DNA of 64,000 nucleotides from Haliotis rubra (lineage: Eukaryota), in assembly GCF_003918875.1 (NCBI RefSeq), contig NW_025767457.1:310001-374000 (forward strand). The letters are read 5' to 3'. Positions 11,701 through 24,837 of the stretch are shown piece after piece. Each line of letters starts with the position of its first letter. The stretch's first letter is position 1. Under the pieces are notes generated by a model. The model did not search any database. It was not told the DNA's origin and worked only from the letters and a program-made list of their open reading frames with translations. Made by a program: the position numbers and the translations under genes.

Positions 11701-13561
11701 TTTGTCATGTTTGAGGTTTAGAAAACATTGATATGCAGTGATTCATTTAATAATGGATACATTGCAATTGTCTAATGATGGATGGCAGCTTATTGGTGAC
11801 AAGTTGAAGTATTGAGAGCAGATGAAGATTCTGTGTTTGAGTATTACTGTTTTAAGCAGATGGTAACATTGGAGAACATATTTGTAAAACTAACACATTG
11901 TTAAACAAATGTGAGGAGCTGGAATTGGATCGGTTGAAGAGCTTGATTAATAGGTATTCAAAGCCAGGAAAGCCCTAAAGCATGGACACGTCTTTTATCA
12001 TCATCAGTGTCGTTTCTTCATCCCAAGTTTGGGTTTCCCCGACTTGATATTGCTGGAACATTGCTAAAAACAGCATAAAACCATAGTCAGTCAGTCATTC
12101 CCAGATTGGGGAAAAAGATTCAATTTATTTGAAAAGCCATAATATTTGTTATGTCTATATAGCATGGGTCCCATGGGCTTGAAAAAAGCTTGAAATTTGA
12201 ACTTTTGCCTCAAAATTGGTTTCAGCTTTGAAAAAGCCCTATTGCCAGTAATTTGCCCCCAAAAGGCACTAAATGAAAGAAAAAACCTTGCCATCATGTT
12301 ATTTTAAGGGAAATTAATGCACAAAACTAACTTGCAAAATCTTTCCAACACAGGGATGAAGCCAAAAATAACTTCTCACATTCAACTAACATTGTTTTTC
12401 TTTAAGTTCTACAGGGATTGACAAGACGCGAATTCCTTTGTCCTATACTCATAAAAATTGACAGTGGACGCAACAAAATTTATTAGCGGGTCCACAGGAA
12501 CTCAGAAAAAGTCCAAATACTTTTTGTAAAAAATCCAATCAAGTGACAATAAGTTGTAACTAAGTTTGCTACTGAAAAAAAGTACATGGATTATGGTATT
12601 ATTTGTAATTTAATTACTGTAACAATGTGACGATCATGCTACACAATACACTAACAGTATTAATAACAGTATTTAAGTGTCTTTGTTGTCCAGGACCCCT
12701 GAGTCCCAGGGACCCTCAAATACAGGACTCGAGGTAAATCCCTGGGTCTTACAATTGTGATTGGGCCTTGAAAAGAGTTTTCAATAAACTTTTGCATTAC
12801 TTTGGGCTTTCCTCCCATATCTGCGGTGGCCTATAGCAGTTATAGTATTAACTTCTGGGTTCTATTCCTTGTGGGTACAATGTCTAAAACCCATTTCTGG
12901 TGTCCTCCCGTGGAATGTGTGAAGCCTATTTCTGGTGTCCCCCGCCGTGATGTTGATGGAATATTGCTAAAAGCGGCGTAAAACCAAAACTCGGTCAGTC
13001 CTCCCGTGGAGTATTGCTAAAAGCAGCATAAAGCCATAGTTGGTCCTGCCACATTACACTGCACATCATACATTTAAATACTTTACTCAAATACTATCAT
13101 ACAGTTCTTGGAACACTGAGTGAGAATGCTGATGTTTTGGCATGTTATGAAACCTGCAATTCTATCACCATAACTTGTGCTACATGTGTGTACAGATATT
13201 TTCAAGTTGGTGACATTTGGTGCGGAACGGGTCGATGTGTTCAGCATCCTTTGCTCGGAAAATAGACAGGATAAGTTAGCCGGAACTTGTGATTTTATTG
13301 TAATTTAAAGGCCAGACTGTACCCATGTGTACATGGAATGGCTGCTGGCAGCCTCGATGATTTAAAAACATATATATATGTAACGTTACTATAAAAGTCT
13401 ATGGTTTTTGTTTGTAATCTGTATGTTACACCAAGTCTGAATACTAAGATCTGATTGGTTCACGAATGAAAGATAAATTCGTTTCAGCATATCACCCTGT
13501 ACACAATGTTTCATCCTTCCGGCGTTAGCATTCTATATCACTCGTTTGTAGAGAGGTATAA

Positions 13562-15231
13562 TACGGAAGCGCTGAAGGGACCTGATGAAATAAAATTTAT
13601 CTTGAGAGCACGAGTTCATATATTGAGTGCACAAGTTAATATATTGAGCGGACGAGTTAGTTTTCTTGAGCTCACAAGTTAACATCTTGAGCAGATAAGT
13701 TAGTATGTTGAGCGCACAAGTTAATATCTTGTTTAGCATCTAATGGCATTAATGGAACGCACGTTTGCTTGACTGCTGGCTAAATGTACAAACTTGTATC
13801 CTTTTTGGAAGATTTCAAACGAGGCAAAGTCGGAGTTAACTAGGTGGTTATGATGAGACTATGTAAAGTATGCAATTTTATCATGAACATTGATAATGTT
13901 TATCATGTAAACGTTCATCGTCTTTATGCTTGTCAATACTATTCTTTGTAACTGGTTTTACCACTTTTTGCTTTATAACATAAAGCAGGCTCTGGTATGT
14001 GTAATGTGATAATAAGAGTTAAAACATAAACATGAGTAGGAGTTTATTGCAGGGATGAATAGTGGTTTTACTGACTTCTAATATTGGTACATAGTATTAT
14101 ATGAACAGTAGCTTGAAGCTTGGATAACTTGTTTTGTGCTACGGCTTTATTATGTATATATAGTATTACAAGACCATGAAAAATGTAAACATTGAGGGTA
14201 AAACTTGATGTCAGATGTATTCTAAGTTAAGTCGACCGCTTTCAGGGAACTATTTAGCCTGTAGTCTTGGTTTGCATGTATCAGTAACTGTTTCCTAACG
14301 TGGGTACAATGGCAGTTTAACTCTGTACAATATCATATAAACCAGCCTGGTTTATCTGATCCATTAGTATGTGCACGTATAGCACATATATCGACTTTAT
14401 TTCTTATTTAAATACCATGTTCCCGTTTTACTTCATCCGTTTCAATCCCGTACGTATACGTATGTGTGTTGTAGTGCATCTAACGATAACCATGTCTTTG
14501 TCCAGATCGTCGAAGTTGTCCGCAATAAAGTCTGTAACATCAGCGGGGCGGTGGGGTAGCCTCGTGGTTAGAACGTCCGCCCGTCACGCCGAAGACATGG
14601 GTTCGATTCTCCACATGGGTACAATGTGTGAAGTCCATTTCTGGTGTCTCCCTGATGAAATTGCTGGAATATTGCTAAAGGTGTAAACAGTACTCACTCA
14701 CTCACTGTAACATCAGCAAATCTGGTATCTGGTGCGAAAAGAGGGACATCCACCTCAGAATACGCTTCAAGTGGCGTACTATACTATACCATGATTTTCG
14801 ACAAGAAGATGTGTTATATCTTTGTATTGGAACCAAGACTGAACTAAGCATGAATCAGCTCGCGTTTCCGCTCCCCCGTTGCTTCGACATGAACTGCTTA
14901 TGGAGTAGTGTATCTCAAGATACTAAGTTGAGCGCTCAAGATACTAACTTGTGAGCTCAAGATATTAACTTGTGCACTCAACATACTAACTTGTGCGCTC
15001 AAGATACTAACTTGTGCGCTCAAGATACTAACTTGTGCACTCAACATACTAACTTGTGCGCTCAAGATACTAACTTGTGCGCTCAAGATATTAACTTGTG
15101 CACTCAACATACTAACTTGTGCACTCAACATACTAACTTGTGCGCTCAAGATACTAACTTGTGCACTCAACATACTAACTTGTGCGCTCAAGATAAATTT
15201 TATTTCATCAGGTCCGTTCAGCGCTTCCGTA
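13562..15231. mobile_element. non-autonomous IS3EU-like foldback DNA transposon
   Basis: TIR TACGGAAGCGCTGAAnGGACCTGATGAAATAAAATTTATCTTGAG at both ends, followed by 21-bp subterminal repeats. Exact 6-bp TSD GTATAA at 13556-13561 and 15232-15237. TAY..RTA termini with a 6-bp TSD match the IS3EU definition. Confidence 0.8.
14912..15195. repeat. 21-bp tandem array (ctcaagatactaacttgtgcg), subterminal repeat of the foldback element
   Basis: About 13 copies here; about 6 diverged inverted copies at 13600-13730. Confidence 0.92.
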
Positions 15232-16349
15232 GTATAATGCAAAGAAAGAGACGTGTAAAAACACCTACACCGCAAGTGCTGCTCCAATTTATATTGTTTA
15301 CTTTCCGTCTGACGTAAGCAAGTGCTCGTTCTATCAACAGGCTCAACCGCTCAGACTCCACCATTTACAGGTCAGATGAAACATTCTCTTATGTACTGAC
15401 ACACAGGACTCGAGTGTGCGTGCGTTCCTGCATGTGCGTATAAATATTTATATAAACACTTTACCGCACTCCACCGTTTCAATATATATAGAAGATGTAC
15501 GATTAGGTGAACGATTTCTGCTCTTAGAAAAGGGGTTTTTTGCGTTTGACGTTTAATGCCGCACTCAGCAATATTCCAGCTGTACCACGGCGGTCTGAAA
15601 ATAATCGAATCTGGACCAGACAATCCAATGGTCAACAGCACGAGCATCGATCTATTCAATTGGGATACGATGCCATGCATCAACTAAGCCAGCGAGCCTG
15701 GTCAGCAATTGTCAGCAATTTTATACTTAATATTTTACAATATTATGCTTAAAAAATATGGGAAGAGGAATGGGGTGTCATTGATTTGTACATGATATGC
15801 AAAGGAGGAGGGGGGGGCACCTACAATGTACATACATTTTTAGGGGTGGGGTCATTCACATTGTACATGCTTCTGCATCAAAATCATCTTCAGCCCCCAA
15901 GCCATACATTATAGGGACTAGCCTACCAGTTCTTGCTTTGTCATGTCAGAGAGAGTGCCGCCGAGCGCCAGGGTTGGTAAAACAAATTCTATCTTTAAAC
16001 ATATTTTGGTTTGACACGGTCAGGGATCGAATCACCGACACCAACTCTTTAGCCAATTAACTAATACATGTTACAACAGTCCTTCAAAGATTAGATAATG
16101 CAGTGTTCAAGTTGCTGCATCCCAGTCTAATACGACAATGTAAAAAATTTTATTTCTCAATCCATAGTTCTGTACAATTTCGTGTCCACTAGGCTGTCCC
16201 ACCGCCCAGTGTCACTAGAGAATTGGTCCATACAGCAATAAATATGTGAGTGGAATTTGTAAGTGTAACAGTTAAAACATATTGAGACAGAGATGAAAAA
16301 TTATGTCACATGGATGAGAGTTATCTCCCCTCGGTCGCTCCTGACAAAT

Positions 16350-17741
16350 ATGGCGGCGAAAGAAATAAGCAGACGTCTGCGTCAAAGACAAATTATAAAT
16401 ATCGACGGATCAAAAGTCAATTCTTACAGGTAAATAAGCTTAACATCTAACAACAACCTACGTTTTGTTTTAATTGATGTTTTACTCTGATATAAGCATT
16501 ATTTGGTAGAAACGTTAATAAAGATTCCACGTGGGACGGCACGTTGCAAACTCACCGGTGACGCCTGAATTTGTACCCCGTGAAACTTAGTAAAGTAGTT
16601 TCAACTTATTTAATTTTAGTTGGGGAAAAATACATCTTCAATTTGTTTTTGTATCATTACTACACATGAGATTAAACGTTATTTAAAAAACATTCTTCCT
16701 TTACATCCAGATCCTGATTGACAGATTTATCATTTACAGAGACTTGGCTGATGGGCGTAGACTTGTGGTAAGGCCAGTACCTCCAGTCAAAAAAGAAACA
16801 TGGACACCTGGGTTGTATCCCATTAGAATTATCGACCGACCAAGGACAGGATTTTGCCGGGTTCATTACAGTGGTATCTAATTGAATGACATAACCTAGT
16901 GGTTAGTGGTAAAGTGTAGAATTTCTACAAAACACTAGTACCGATTTATTCAGCGTTTGTGTAATGATAGTTTAACTAAGTTCTGCTGGGACCAGCACTA
17001 AGGTCCGAACTGTAAAGAAAACCGAATTACCCAAGGTCCGAATATGACAGATTCCACTGTATTTTGTTTGAAGATGTTTGGAACTTCTAAAACGTACTTT
17101 ATCCGACAGATATTTGTAAACTGTGTTTCTGAAACTGAATTTCTGCGCCCAAAATGGGCCTTTTTGTGTTTAGTATTTTTAAAATCACAATAAAAAATCA
17201 CAAAATATTTTCTTACACAAAACTTAAGAGATTTACTTTTTCAGGATGGAGCACTTCATATGACGAAGTAATTAAGGTTGAGGACATCGTTGACACTACT
17301 CCACCAGACAGACTACCACTTAGACAACTACAGATTGAAATAAAAGAAGCACTGAATAACTCACACACAGACAGCAAGTTGTTTATTCGAGTACCTATAA
17401 CCAGTGATGATTTCGAGGTAATTAAACAGATTGGTGAGGTTTACCAGACCAGGAGAGACAGAACAGTGTACGTGATCTCCTCCAGACAATGTTTAGAGCC
17501 CATACTGGGAGTCGGGTGGGATTACAGAGTCATCAATGCTCAAGGTGATAACTTTTTTGTCAAAACTGACACAGTCAAGTTTTGGTTTGGTAAGCGGAGG
17601 TCACTGGTTGATTTCACAGTCTTTCCAGACCACGTAGAGGAGTGTTTCCTCGATAGAGGCTATCAACTTTCATTCACCTTTGTCAAAGCCCCAGGAAACG
17701 TGTCCCGACTGAAAGATCTCCTCAATGCCACCAGTTTATAG
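16350..17741 (+). CDS. intact 3-exon gene, 236-aa protein with a chromo-barrel/Tudor-knot motif and an unknown C-terminal domain (transposon accessory protein)
   Basis: Exons 16350-16429, 16740-16873, 17245-17741 (phases 2 and 1; 711 nt) join without stops. The motif LYPIRIIDRPRTGFCRVHYSG|WSTSYDEVI spans the second junction and matches the VHYxGWxxxxDEW chromo-barrel signature. Confidence 0.8.
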
Positions 17742-17762
17742 TCATATAGGCAAGAGTCCAGC

Positions 17763-19836
17763 ATGAAAGTTACAGTTTTACGTCTCATCATGGTAGTCAT
17801 TTCAAAACTGACGTTATTTAACATATTGCAAAGTAACTTGTGGGAAAATCAGTTGACCAAAGAAAACATGGAATCTTTCATTAGCAAGTTAGAGGACGAA
17901 ATTGGTGTGTCTTATATTGTCAGCGAAAGGGAAAAGGACAATATGAAATCAGAATTATTCAGACTCAGAAAACAAGCAGCAACGTGTAAAAGGAAAGGTG
18001 GAAGGCAGTTCAGACATTTTTAGCCAATCTTTCTAAAAAGAATACAAGTGGAATGTAAGTATAGATGGACATCGCAGTGAATTAAAAGTTAATGAAATAA
18101 AACAAAACTTGGAGTGCATCATTGATAATTTAAAACATGAAAACCAGCAGTTAGAAACTAAACTAGTGGAAGCACTAAAACCCGAATGTAAACTGAAAAG
18201 TAAAAGGCTCCCAGACGGTCCAGGACAGAGATCGGAAAAGGAAAATACTAGCTGACTGTACTCACTCTTATGCAAAGAAAGGAAAAATTGAGCAGTGTAA
18301 GGATGCACTACCTTTTGTTGAAGAGGACAACACCAAGGTTTTGTCAATACTAATAGAAAAGGGTGGCAAACACGATGAAATTATCCTTGAAAAAGACAAA
18401 GAAATAAGGAAAGACAGCTTGAATAGACTCTTTGTATGTATTAGATGTGTTTAATGTAAGCAAATAATGCTTATCATGAACTTACTATGCTGTTCAAAAA
18501 TCTTCCCAGATCTCACAAAATTAAAGAGACATATTCGCAGTTAAACAGTAACTTTATCATAAAGGAAACTCCAGACGGATTAGGATATGAACAGTCACTC
18601 GAGAGCGGTTACATGCTGTTGTGCCAAATTTGATCGCAAATGACCCAGATGCTTATATTGACGGGACATGTCTTAAAGTAAAAATCTCGGCAGATGGGAC
18701 ACGGATCGGGAAACACTTACATGATAACGTGGCTTTTACTTTTTATCCTTAACGATAGTAAATGTGGTTCTGCGCTGGGAAATTACCTCTAGCCATTGTA
18801 TGCACTAGGAACGACACTATGAACTTACTCAGGCCCTTTCCAATTTAAGGAAGGAAACAGATGAATTAAATGGAACGTGGATCTCCATAGCTGGTGTACA
18901 ATTGAAACTTACTCTTTTATCTAGGTGGAGATTATAAGTTCTTACTCATTGCTGTAGGAATAAGTTCTATTGCATCTCAACACACATGTATATACTGCAA
19001 GTGTTCAAAACAGGAACGTTATCGTGTCGAAGAAAAATGGTCAATGTCGGATCCAAAACAAAGGGGCGCGAATTGATTATAAGGCATCGAATAGTGACAA
19101 AATGCAGAGAAAACAAAAACTGATTAATTCTTTATCAAACGATCCTTTGTTTCCTAACATACCTCTAAGAAACGTGGTGATTGACCAACTGCATCTCTTT
19201 CTGAGGGTTACAGATAAGCTGTTCAGTCTTCTTTGTGTGTGAATTGAGACTGTTGGACAATGTAAAGACAAACACTTGTTTCAAAGCTGGCCTTGATAGA
19301 AATAAGCTTAAACACATGTCTAGACTGGAGAAACAATTAAAAGAAGCAGGGATAAACTTTGAATTTTTATCAACAAAGATACACGGAAAATAGAGTTTCG
19401 TGATTTGCAAGGTCCTGAGAAATTGAAACTCTCAAAGGTATTTAAAGCCCTCTGGAATTACTTGACGATGAAGAGAGGGCAGGCGTTATACAATCCGTCT
19501 GGGATGGGTTTCACTCCATAAACGATTTAGTGAAATCAAGTGCACCAAATGTGAATGAAGTGTCTTCTGAGATTAATTCATGGATCAAGTTGTATGTAGA
19601 TGCGTATCAGAGATGTGATGTTACCCCGCATATTCACATCCTTCAGCATCATGTTCCTGAACTGATTGGAATTCATGGAAATTTGATTGATTTACACAGC
19701 AGGGGCTAGAAAAACTTAACGATATCGTAACTAAACAGTATTTCAGAGCAAGTAATCATGGAAAACGTCCTTGAAACAAATACTCCAGAAGCAAAACCGA
19801 ATCACCTTGCTGGAGAATTATAAAGGGTCAAAATGA
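17763..19836 (+). pseudogene. frameshifted RAG1/Transib-like DDE transposase
   Basis: Motifs in order across frames: LKVKISADGTRIG (D at 18693), YLGGDYKFLL (D at 18930), CIYC (18987), PLFPNIPLRNVVIDQLHLFLRVTD, DLQGPEKLKL, VTPHIHILQHHVPELIGIHGNL, TQQGLEKLND (E at 19709). These are colinear with RAG1 KESCDG / GYDEK / CxxC / DALH / FHKTLAHVPEIIERDGSIG / EGNESGN. Confidence 0.8.
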
Positions 19837-22800
19837 AAACTGGCACACAGTTAACTTACTAGCTAGTTCGAGTGACGTAGACTGAGTGGTCTCACCTCAC
19901 AGAAGTGTTTAACATGCAGAGGAGGAAGTTTAACTAGTAAGAATTATGTTAAAAGTCTGATGTTTCCTCGCCGCGATATGCTACATGATATAGCACTCTT
20001 TGCCGACAGTCAAGTTTCTTTATTGGCATACATAATATCAAAACTTTTCTCTCTTTAATGGAACAAATGCACAGGAGCCGACTTCTGGATTACACTGTCT
20101 GCAAGAGTACAAATTCCTGTACTTTTAGTGGTTGTATTCGAGGAGGGGCTAAAACTCAGTAAGACACCTCACGCCAGAACTCAGCCTTACAACACTTTAA
20201 CCTCGACTTTAACTATGACCACAGTGAGCCCTGGTGGCGAAGATGTGGGTTTGAGACTCGCATCATTCAACCACGAAAGTAAAAGAATTTGTACTACTGC
20301 AGGTAGTTTGCTTTCTTTGTATTCTTGTCTTTATGGTTAACAGTTTTATTCTTTGGAGGGTAGATATGCTCTGTCAATGTTTTTTGACATCTAATTGAGT
20401 TTGCCTATTTAATGCAATTATATTGTCTTGTTTTAAGACTTATTTTTGTTCAAGCAAGCAATTCCGTGTTGATGTCGGTTGGGTAGGAGAGCTGAATGCA
20501 AAGAAGCCGTGCTTATGCTTGCTTTTGGTTTAGATGATAATTTTCACCACATGAAAAATAAATTTATTATTATCTTTTGTTATGAAATATACCTAAGGAT
20601 GAGGTATGATAGTTTCAGCTTGTGATTGCTGTGTGCAAGGTTGAGTAAACTCATGTTTGGATGAACGTTTAATATCATTCGGATGTTGTTTAGAAACCAA
20701 GATGTAAAGTGATTTGAGATAAAATATCAGTATATCACCGTGCGTCTGTATGTCCTCTCTCCTTTGAGGAAACCGTTATTTGATTTGAGAATGTTATTAT
20801 GTTTGGAGCACATCAAAATCTAGTCTGTATACGAGTGTGCTTTCAAATAATGTATGCGTACATGTTTCCTATTGCTGTGAATGAATAGCAATGTCCCATG
20901 TCGAAAATAACATTGTGAATGATAGCGTTAGGTTTATTTTTTAAATGTTTACAGTTTGACAAAGACAAAAACTTGATTTTTTCCGTTAACATAACGGAAA
21001 CAAAAAGTTAAACCATTTCTGGTTCGCCTTACTGTATTTACATTAAGTTTTGAGAGCTAAAAGGTAGCTGATCTTGCTTTTCGAACTTTTTTCATGTTTG
21101 TAGGGAACATCGATCAGTTTAGTGTTTTCAAATTTAGCTTCCTGGTTAAGGTAAAATACAATGAAGTCATTAGCCTCCTATGTTTCCATAAGAAATGAGT
21201 TTGTTAAAATTTTGTAGGCAATAATTACATGGGTTTTTTTAATTAAATGCTCAACACATAGATAAAACCGCTTCTTGAATGAGTTTAAGGTTCGGTGAAT
21301 AAAGTTAAGTCACTAATGGGATTGGAAATTCCATTTTATGGTTCATGTTATTTAATTTTTAGCTCCACAGGCCTGAAAGGCCCGATAGGCGTGTGGCATG
21401 GCACGCAATCCGGCGTCCGGTCATCCGTCTGCTCTAACAACTGAGTGCATGGGTCATATCTAATTTGCATATTTGACCTTGCTATGATCTTTACGCCTAT
21501 GTATTTGTGTGGGGATTGTTTGAGATATCCTCTTCCTCCAAACAACAAGAGACCCGAAGCTCACACTTTACATGTTCCACGTACTTTATCTTCGTCAGTG
21601 TTGCCCATGAGTAGTAAGCTGATGGTGTTTGTATTAGATATTAAAGTTGATCGCCAGCAGGCTACACAGCATAATTCACTTTCTCGCAGAGCCCGTAGCG
21701 CCGTTTTAATATGGTAAGTTGTTTGGTTTACCAATCTGTCATCAGGAAATGACATATAAATATATGTAGCAGCATGGAGTGCATTTATGTTGGATGAATT
21801 AATACAATAAAAGGAATCGCAAACATATCCTTGTGTTTTATTTTTACCTGTTTGAACCTGGATTTACCCGGAGTTAAACAGTGTTGGTGATGACAGCTAC
21901 ATTAGCATTATGAAAAGCAACGTGTAAAGGCATGAAACCTGTTTATTCAGTTTTAAGAGAAACTTTACATGAATGATTCTTAAGGGTAACAAATTGCATG
22001 AACACCGGTTATGTTATATTTGCAATTTTCCGTAAAAAGACGGTTTAAATATTTATGTTAGCGGTAATTAAAATATCGTATTAGGTAGCTGGAGAATTCA
22101 TCTAACTACACCAGCTCGCAATGGAAACTCTATGAATAAATGACCTGTGGAAAACGAAGTTTTGCGAGCACGAAAGTCTAAATGGAGCTGAACTCAATGC
22201 TACTGAAAAGGTTATTAAAATTTTATTCGTGATGTTTGACGGTTGAAAATATCGATGAACATGGGAAATGATTAGTTGTTTATTGTAAGCTAATAACTGT
22301 AAATGTCACGTTAGGTGCATCGGAGTAACCTGTATCTTGTTAAAATGTTATTTGCCATTAACCATCAGAAGTTACTGCTTTTGGTAACGGACATGGGGAT
22401 AACATGCAGAAGGGGAGATAACTCTGTCGCGAACAACTTTCAGTTGTGAAAGTGTCCCGATATGGTTATCTTGTCGTACACGTGTTGAGTGGCATTGGCA
22501 ATGACCATCCCAATGTGTCTCACTTTAATACACAATTCACGAATCTAACTAGTTGAGCATTTTGATGATACAGACTACATGGCTCATCTGGACATGCGTT
22601 ATCAAAACACTAACCCTGGTCAGCCAGATCCTACTCTCATGACTCTGTCTATGTGAGAGACCTGTTTTGACAGAATCTGGCTAAGTGAGAGGACACCCTT
22701 TGGGCAGAGCCTTTATTCACAACACCACGGATGCGCTTACCTGTGTCGAAGAATTGACATTGAGTTATAAGGTACAGACCATAGCAAAAAACATTACCAC

Positions 22801-24837
22801 ATTCTGTTATATGAGAGTGAGACAAATCTAATGCTCTCTGGATGCTGTTATTAAGAAATGTGCCGTAAATGGCTACCACTTTGTCGAAATCCACCAGCAC
22901 AGATGTGATGATGAAAGACAAACGATAATAACATACACGAATTTCAAATTCTTACCGACATCGGGCGGATCGGCAAATGCAAAGGGACGTACATATGTAC
23001 AGCAAAATGTGGTTGTGACATTAGTGAGTGCGTTAGAATCTGACGCCACATCGGCGTTATTTCAGCAATATAGCAAGACTCATGTCAACAAGTATACTTA
23101 TTAGCAATCTTGTCAATCATATTATAGCATAAAAAACGGGCCATGTATATACTGGCTGTATAAGCCACCAGCAACGTCATCGGATACTCCAGCAGCATTA
23201 CGACATCACCTTCGCTACTGATGTTTGCGCACAGTACAAGACAGTATTTAAGATGCTCAGTAATAAGCAGGTTGAAGAAACTCAGTCTGGTTTGATGATA
23301 CATCACACTGGGGTGAATTATTCTACGGTACTCTAATCTCTACAGAGCGTTCAATTAACTCCACCGATAAATGCATTACACCATGATTTCACACAAACAG
23401 TAAATTACTCAAATACATCATTAAGATTTTGGGAAAATACCAATTTCATTCAGGTAGTGACATCCCTGTTCCGTTCATTTCGCTAGTTTTCGTTACTATT
23501 ATTGACCTTTACTAACTATTCACTAACATTCAAGGCGATGAAATGAACGACATCTATTCATAAAAAAACAACCTTGATGTTTTGGTAAATACAAGGTTTA
23601 AGTTCTTTGGGATTTGTTTTGCACCTTTAACATGTGTGAATCTGGTTGTTCCATGTGTAGCTCGCTGACCACAAATCAGGCGATGTAAAACAACATTGGT
23701 TGCGAGCAGAAGGTGGATCGGAAGTACGTAACTATTGAATGTGTCGTGGACACGCCTTATGCTGGAACAGATGTTGCATGTAAGGTCTCCTCGGGCAAGA
23801 GACTTCGTTGGTGTTGAAGGGTGTCCGGTAGGGCGAGACTGTCAAACTTCAGGCGCCTTGCAACTTGGGTTGTACACTTCCATGGGAGCCGAGAATTAAA
23901 ATCGATTACCCATTGATACATTGACCAGGGTAAGAATTTAGCATCTTGACCATGCTTTGGGTATGGATGTGGCACATTAATGTGTTCATTAGGTCTCAAG
24001 TATAGCAATGTGTGTTCAAAACGTGAAATGATTCCTTTACAGCTGAAAGGAATAATTTGATCAAATTAAAATAACTCGGGGACAATATCCTTCTTTTTAA
24101 TTTCTCGCCTATAAATGACTGGTCTTTTTTCACTTTTCAATGCTTTGTGCTCTTTGTTTTCACGAAAATTCATCAGCCCACCCCATCACCACCCAGACAT
24201 TATTTCAGCATCTTCTTGGGTGCTGTTGGACTATTTTTTCAGAAGGCATCGGCATATTTTCACGGGTTAAACTTACCATATATATATCATGCCCCAAATC
24301 CTCAGGACAGGTGTTCTAATAAGATATATGTAGTTCTTCCCGGTCGATGATGATTGGTCTAAGATATCTATGAAGTAATGTCACATTCAAAACATTTAGT
24401 AACTATATATTATAGTTACTGAATTGTCATACCCATTTTGTTCAAATACTATGTCTTCTTTGATTGGCATTCTAGAAGTTTTGGAGATGAAGAATGAGGA
24501 AGCACTACTTACTTGACAACGACATTAGAATTTATGTCGAAACGTCGCCTGTACAGAATAAAGAAGTTGTATATCCATAAAATTGTCCTCATTCTATATA
24601 CTATGTGTAATGAACTATGAACTATCCATTTATTGTAAAACATGTAACGGTAAAAGAGGTCAAGTTATAAAAGACAACAACATTTATTTCCACCAAGTGA
24701 TAAGGGACACTTCAGATTCTTGGTCATATATGTTGATATGGAACCGATTCGCTAAAACAACATACATGTACTAACAATTGTGAATTACAATGACATTTAG
24801 AAAGTGGTCTAATATAACATGTATTATAATTGGGATT

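Noticed and set aside
14898-15317. LSAQVS / TNLCAQD repeat ORFs
   Set aside because: Translation of the 21-bp subterminal array on both strands.
20220-20226. Perfect RSS heptamer CACAGTG downstream of the RAG1-like ORF
   Set aside because: It points away from the element, has no nonamer at 12/23 spacing and no matching left end, and a 7-mer is expected by chance. The cassette's TIRs remain undefined.
16318-22424. Inverted match agagttatctcccct / aggggagataactct as possible TIRs
   Set aside because: The same motif occurs elsewhere (about 26728, variant at 43780), no TSD is visible, and the left copy is only about 20 bp from the ATG.
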